Positions 55,328 to 64,000 of a DNA stretch of 64,000 bases are shown piece by piece. Position 1 is the stretch's first letter. Every line of letters begins with the position of its first letter. The notes beneath the pieces are model-generated. The model was not told where the DNA came from and did not search any database. It saw only the letters and a list, made by a program, of their open reading frames with translations. Both the position numbers and the translations under genes were made by a program. Source of the DNA: Flaccisagitta enflata (taxonomy: Eukaryota); NCBI GenBank assembly GCA_965153355.1, contig OZ231126.1:41106001-41170000 (forward strand), in the 5' to 3' direction.

Positions 55328-56395
55328 CCGGTGAGGAACTGAGACAAGAGAGAGTGTAGAGGTGCAGATATGGGTGAGGGACTGAGACAAGAGAGGGTGC
55401 AGAGGGCCGGAGGTATGTGTGGAATGGACACCAGAGAGGGCGTAGAGGTGCAGATATGGGTGAGGATTGAGGAACTGAGACAAGAGTGTACAGGTGCAGA
55501 GGTGGGTGAGGAACTGACACCAAAGAGGGTGCGGAGGGTTGGAGGTATGTGTGGAATGGACACCAGAGAGGGTGTATAGGTGCAAAGGTGGGTGAGGAAC
55601 TTAGCCAAGAGAGAGTGTAGAGGTTTGGAGGTATGTGTGGAACGGACACCAGAGAGGGTATAGAGGTGCAGATATGGGTGAGGAACTGAGACAAGAGAGG
55701 GTGCAGAGGGCCGAAGGTATGTGTGGAATGGACACCAGAGAGGGCGTAGAGGTGCAGATGTGGGTGAGGATTGAGGAACTGAGACAAGAGTGTAGAGGTG
55801 CTAAGGTGGGTGAGGAACTGACACCTAAGAGGGTTTAGAGGGTCAGAGGTATGTGTGGAATGGACACCAGAGAGGGTGTAAAGGTGCAAAGTTGGGTGAG
55901 GAACTGAGCCAAGAGAGAGTGTAGAGGTTTGGAGGTATGTGTGGAACGGACACCAGAGAGGGTGTAGAGGTGCAGATATGGGTGAGGAACTGAGACAAGA
56001 GTGTAGAAGTGCAGAGGTGGGTGAGGAACTTACACCAAAGAGGGTGTAGAGGGTCGGAGTTATGTGTGGAATGGACACCAGAGAGGGTGTGAGGGTGCAA
56101 AGGTGGCTGAGGAACTGAGACAAGAGAGAGTGTAAAGATGCAGAGGTGGGTGAGCAACCGAGAAAAAGAGTGTAGAAGTGCGGAGGTGGGTGAGGAACTG
56201 ACACCAAAGAGGGTGTAGAGGGTCAGACGCATGTGTGGAACAAACACCGGAGAGGGCGTAGAGGTGCAAAGGCGGGTGATGAACGAGGAAAAGAGAGAGT
56301 GTAGAGGTGCTGAGGTGGGTGAGGAACTGACACAAGAGAGGGTATACTGATACGGAGGTGGGTCAGAAACTGAGACAGGAGAGGGTGTAGCGGCC
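55328..56395. repeat. Purine-rich minisatellite, ~40-bp subunits with ~304-bp higher-order period
   Basis: Alternating units ...GGTGAGGAACTGAGACAA and ...GGTATGTGTGGAATGGACACCA. A diagnostic unit recurs at 55391 and 55695. Confidence 0.88.
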
Positions 56396-58617
56396 CTCAG
56401 GTGAGGAGGAACTGAGAATAGAAAGGGTATAGATGTTCAGAGGGGGGTAAGAGACTGAGAATGAGAGGGTACAGATGTGCATAGGGGGTAAGTATTTTTA
56501 GTTGGTGCACAAGGGTAATTGAGGTAGAAAAAGATGGAGAGGTATGTGGGTGCTTTTGGCCAGTGTTAAAGTGGTGCGGAGGTGCAGAAGGGGAACAAGA
56601 GCTGCAGGGGATGAAAGGTGGTTGCGTACCTCCTAGAAATAAGAAGAGATGGGGTTTAGAGGTGCGGAGGCCTGACAAGGAAGTGAAGAAAAGCTAAGGT
56701 GTAAGGGCAGAGGAGTACATAGGATGGAAACTTGGCTATGAAGCTCACAAAAAGGGGATGTCATAAAGTTCATAAACACATTGTCCATAATGCAATCTTT
56801 TTGGAAAAGAACATATCACAGCCCCGGCCGGGCCTGCATCGCCTCTCCATTCTCAGCTAAGGATTGCCTTCATTCAATCAATGAAACTTGTCGAAGAAAC
56901 ATCGTTGAGTAACATGAACTCCAATTACAATCTTTAATCGACACAATTCTGGGCAGAATTGATGGATCAATCAATTGCGCGATAGTTCATGCAATCATAT
57001 TTAGAGATCTACGCCTCCTCCCCAACCTCCTTGTCCCCTTGTATTCAAGCATGATAAAGATCGTAAGGATGCGTTGTGTGGAAAATCTTTTCAATGTGTC
57101 TCTATTGTAGAACCTTTTCTTTTAAAGTTTGTATTTGCACAAATTTTTCAGTACACGCGTGGCGGGCCCAAACATCGTTCTGGCAGAAAACAGAAAATTT
57201 ATGATTCATGAGTACATGATTTCGTGCTAGAGTCGATTGATGGCGCAGTTGTCATTTTAATCGTCCGTGTGTTTGTTACTGTCATTTTCATTGAAACTGT
57301 CAATGTCACTCACATTGTCACCGTCACTGTCATTGTCTTTGTCACTATAATTTTCATTATTATAATGATAAATCAGCCACTATTGTCGCCGTTTTTGTTC
57401 CTGGCATTCCAATCCTTTCCACTTTTCTACCACAAGTAGTTCTTGTTCTTCTCGTTCTTGTTCTTGTTTTTGTTCTTCTTGTTATTGTTCCTCTGAGACA
57501 GGAGAGGGTGTAGCGGCCCTCAGGTGAGGAGGAACTGAGAATAGAAAGGGTATAGATGTTCAGAGGGGGGTAAGAGACTGAGAATGAGAGGGTACAGATG
57601 TGCATAGGGGGTAAGTATTTTTAGTTGGTGCACAAGGGTAATTGAGGTAGAAAAAGATGGAGAGGTAGGTGGGTGCTTTTGGCCAGTGTTAAAGTGGTGC
57701 GGAGGTGCAGAAGGGGAACAAGAGCTGCAGGGGATGAAAGGTGGTTGCGTACCTCCTAGAAATAAGAAGAGATGGGGTTTAGAGGTGCGGGGGCCTGACA
57801 AGGAAGTGAAGAAAAGCTAAGGTGTAAGGGCAGAGGAGTACATAGGATGGAAACTTGGCTATGAAGCTCACAAAAAGGGGATGTCATAAAGTTCATAAAC
57901 ACATTGTCCATAATGCAATCTTTTTGGAAAAGAACATATCACAGCCCCGGCCGGGCCAGCATCGCCTCTCCATTCTCAGCTAAGGATTGCCTTCATTCAA
58001 TCAATGAAACTTGTCGAAGAAACATCGTTGAGTAACATGAACTCCAATTACAATCTTTAATCGACACAATTCTGGGCAGAATTGATGGATCAATCAATTG
58101 CGCGATAGTTCATGCAATCATATTTAGAGATCTACGCCTCCTCCCCAACCTCCTTTTCCCCTTGTATTCAAGCATGATAAAGATGGTAAGGATGCGTTGT
58201 GTGGAAAATCTTTTCAATGTGTCTCTATTGTAGAACCTTTTCTTTTAAAGTTTGTATTTGCACAAATTTTTCAGTACACGCGTGGCGGGCCCAAACATCG
58301 TTCTGGCAGAAAACAGAAAATTTATGATTCATGAGTACATGATTTCGTGCTAGAGTCGATTGATGGCGCAGTTGTCATTTTAATCGTCCGTGTGTTTGTT
58401 ACTGTCATTTTCATTGAAACTGTCAATGTCACTCACATTGTCACCGTCACTGTCATTGTCTTTGTCACTATAATTTTCATTATTATAATGATAAATCAGC
58501 CACTATTGTCGCCGTTTTTGTTCCTGGCATTCCAATCCTTTCCACTTTTCTACCACAAGTAGTTCTTGTTCTTCTCGTTCTTGTTCTTGTTTTTGTTCTT
58601 CTTGTTATTGTTCCTCT
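56370..58617. repeat. Tandem duplication, 2 x 1123 bp
   Basis: 56370-57492 is repeated at 57493-58615 with about 5 visible substitutions. Duplicate ORF pairs are offset by exactly 1123. Confidence 0.95.
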
Positions 58618-59885
<1,268 letters not shown>

Positions 59886-60016
59886 ACAACGATCGGCCTC
59901 ACTACGTGGGCTTTTGAACGCAATGAATCTCCTGTCAGATCCTTATTTTTGATGTTCATTCCTGAAAAATTATTGAGCGGTAATTCACTGCAGCTCTTGC
60001 TCTATCATGTAATATC

Positions 60017-60947
<931 letters not shown>

Positions 60948-61084
60948 TAAGAGGCGGAGCTGATCAGATCCGAACATGATTCCAATGCACACTTGCTGTT
61001 ATATATTGGTGTTACTTGGCGAATTTTCGAGGTGTGAAGATTTGGTAATTTGGTTGATAATGTTGTGACGGAGGACGGCCGCGC

Positions 61085-61310
61085 CAGTATGTCGATTCGT
61101 TGATCCGCCGATGTGCCGGTGAGCCAGTGTGTCGGTGTGCCGGTTAGCCTGTGTGCCGATAAGCCAGTGTTCCGGTGAGCCTGTGTGCGGATAAGCCAGT
61201 GTGTCGGTGATCCTGTGTGCCGATAAGCCAGTGTGTCGGTGTGCCTGCGTGCCGATAAGCCAGTATGTTGGTGAGCCTGTGTGCCGATAAGCCAGTGTGT
61301 CGGTGTGCCG
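61085..61310. repeat. Short-unit GC-rich tandem repeat (GTGTGCCGATAAGCCA / GTGTGTCGGTGAGCCT)
   Basis: Directly visible units of ~14-16 bp. Confidence 0.8.
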
Positions 61311-61449
61311 CTTCGTCGGCATAATCATCGGCGCAGCGGCTTAGGTCTCGTTTTGTAGGCGGATCGATTTTGGGGCGCCGAAGAAACCGCCGGAAAATTT
61401 CCGCCTCCCTTCTTTGTTCACTGCCGAGATTAAAACAAATTCCAGACCA

Positions 61450-61564
<115 letters not shown>

Positions 61565-62222
61565 GCGGTACAGACATAGAGAGGCAAAGAGACAGACAGA
61601 AGGACAGAGACAGAGAGACACACACAGTTATTTCTTTTTGTCGCCAACAAATAGGAAACATATCATTGAGTCAATGATAGATTGCCGAAAACGTTCTCAA
61701 TTTTGGAAGATGAGCTCGTTTTGGGAAAAGGATCGATGGCGCCGCGCACACTGGCACAGTGGCACAGTCATAGCCTCATAGGCACAGTGGCACACTGTCA
61801 CAGTGCTACCGTCAAAGGCACTGTGGCATAGTGGCGTGGTGCTACAGTCAAAGACACTATGGCATAGTTATTGTCTCATTGATGTTACAGTACAGTAGCA
61901 CTATGGCAGATTTAAGGTCAAAATGGCAATGTAGCAGAGAAAGAATATGAGTAGGACAAAGTAGCAAATTTGTATCTTTGCGCAGTGGTAAAATGGCCTA
62001 GTCGCACAGTGACGCTGCGGCGATTGATAAAATTCGATATTTCTCCACAAACTGTTCCTTGAACTACCCATCTTCACAGCTCTAATACTCGCTTCTTCGC
62101 CCTTTCCTCACGCTCCCCACATTTCCGTCTCTATCCCTCTTCTGATTTGTCTGTTTTTCTTCCTTTCCTTTTCTCTCTATCTTCTCCTTTCTTCCCTCTT
62201 TACCCTCCATTCCTTTTTCCAC

Positions 62223-62674
62223 TTTTGGGCAGCGGCCCCGAAGGGGCCGATGACCTATGCTTTCACATATGCAGAAATTTCTCCCTTTTCTCCTTCAGTG
62301 TCCCCCCCCCCAGACTCCAGGCCCATATCTCAGCCTCAAGACCCAAATCCTAGCCTCGAGGCTCAAATCCCAGCCTGGAGGCTCAAATCCCAGCCTCGAG
62401 GTTCAAATCCCAGCCTCGAGGCTCAAATCCCAGCCTCGAGGCTCAAATCCCAGCCTTGAGGCTCAAATCCCAGCCCCGAGGCTCAAATCCCAGCCCCGAG
62501 GCTCAAATCCCAGCCCCGAGGCTCAAATCCCAGCCCCGAGGCTCTAATCCCAGCCTCAACGCCCTAATTCCAGCCTTGAGGCTCAAATAAAAACAGCATA
62601 GGTCATCGGCCCCTTCGGGGCCGCTGCCCCTCTAACCACCTAACACCCACATACACTCACATAGGGGCAACGGG
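62223..62674 (+). mobile_element. HINE-like family C copy, 3'-truncated, with a 20-bp GAGGCTCAAATCCCAGCCTC array
   Basis: GGGCAGCGGCCCCGAAGGGGCCGATGACCTATGC with its inverted copy at ~62597-62630. Confidence 0.75.
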
Positions 62675-63215
62675 TTTCTTCCCTCTTTACCCTCCATTCC
62701 TTTTCCACTTTTTCTTTTCCTCCATTCATCCTCTTTCCCCCCCTACCGCACATTTCCCATGTCAGCTTCTCTGTTGGTTCCTCTTTTTGTTTCAAAACGT
62801 AAAACTATTCCCTAACCTCTGCCTAAATCCACACCCGCCCCCCTTCCCCCACACACGCATATCAGCCTCCGTTCTTCTACTGTTTTTCTCCGTCGTATCT
62901 TCGCGTAAGGCTCACTTTTCCCTTTTGCTGTTGTTGGTGCCAATTCCCTCGGCGAGATGACGACATAACAACTTTGATGGCGACGGATTCAATTTTCGCC
63001 TTCTTTGGTCGCGTTTACATTGAGTATCATGTTTTTTCTCTTTTGCTATTTTTGGTGCGAATTATATTGGCGAGATGACAACTTTACAACTTTTTTTTTT
63101 GGTTGCGTTCACATTAAGACAGGACAATATCAAAAAAACTTTAATGGCAATCAATGGATTTCATTTTTTCCTTCTTTGGTCTTATTCATAATGAGCTTTG
63201 TATACATATTTGGCC

Positions 63216-63745
63216 TTTTGGGCAGCGGCCCCGAAGGGGTCGATGACCTATGCTTTCACACATTGGGGAATTTCTCCTCCTTCTTCTCCTCCGTCATCCT
63301 GAAAATCTCTTCGCCCCTCCTTCATCTTTTAGTCTCTTCTCACTTCACTAACACCATCACAATACCAGTTTTTTTTCTTCTCTATCTATCTCAAGGCTCC
63401 AAATCCCAGCAGACTTTCCTCCCAAAACTTAGCCTCTAGCCTCTTGAACCTTGCCTCCAGGCCCAAATCCTAGCCTAAAGGCCAAAACCTAGCCTCAAGG
63501 CCCAGATCCCAACTTTGAGGCCCAAATCTGAGCCTTGAGGCCCAAATCTCAACCTTGAGGGCCAAATCTCAGCTAGGACGCCTGATCCCAGGAGGAGGAG
63601 GAGGAGGAGAAAATTCCCCATATGTGTGAACGCATAGGTCATCGACTCCTTCGGGGCCGCTGCCCTGCTCCCCTCTCAACTTCAACCACAACCTACTTAA
63701 GCAGGGCACGGGTACCGCTGACCATCTAACGCTTTTGCGACTATT
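63216..63745 (+). mobile_element. HINE-like family C copy (complete)
   Basis: Same subterminal inverted repeats, with 3' tail AAGCAGGGCACGGGTACCGCTGACCA...CTATT. Confidence 0.75.
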
Positions 63746-64000
63746 TGTTTCTTAGATTTCTTTTTTGAACTTCTGCATTCAGTTATGTTTTTACAACACT
63801 TGTCTAAAGAATATGATCTTGGCCTTCTTTGGTCAGACAGATAAAGTCATACCTGAATATTATTTTTCTTTTCTTCTTGCTTCTTCTCCTCCTTCATCTT
63901 TTATATCTTCTTTCTCACTTCACTAACACAACATACACACATACCTTAGTTTTTTTTCTCTCTCTATTGCTATCATCGAATTTTCTCTTTAACGTAAATG

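Noticed and set aside
55323..56247. 294-aa and overlapping ORFs
   Set aside because: They arise from the minisatellite, with several frames open at once.

Overview
Eukaryotic (animal-like, probably invertebrate) nuclear DNA: AT-rich, very dense in microsatellites and non-autonomous transposons, with spliceosomal introns. Nearly all ORF-track entries are translations of simple repeats. Recognisable coding content is limited to two tandem two-exon minus-strand genes for secreted atypical pentraxin-domain proteins and one 5'-truncated LINE reverse-transcriptase fragment. The pentraxin copy at 12605-13556 is intact; the copy at 9710-11745 has an in-frame TAA in exon 1. The LINE sits inside a 4.65 kb near-fully palindromic element with an 8-bp TSD (hAT-like) that also carries a MITE and two further insertions. 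The window also holds at least four families of elements with Helentron-associated (HINE/DINE-1-like) architecture, many TA-flanked Tc1/mariner-type MITEs, several minisatellites, a 1123-bp tandem duplication, two promoter-like CpG-rich patches and some possible degenerate exons. I saw no rRNA, tRNA or CRISPR. All calls are by eye, and TE family assignments rest on terminal structure only.
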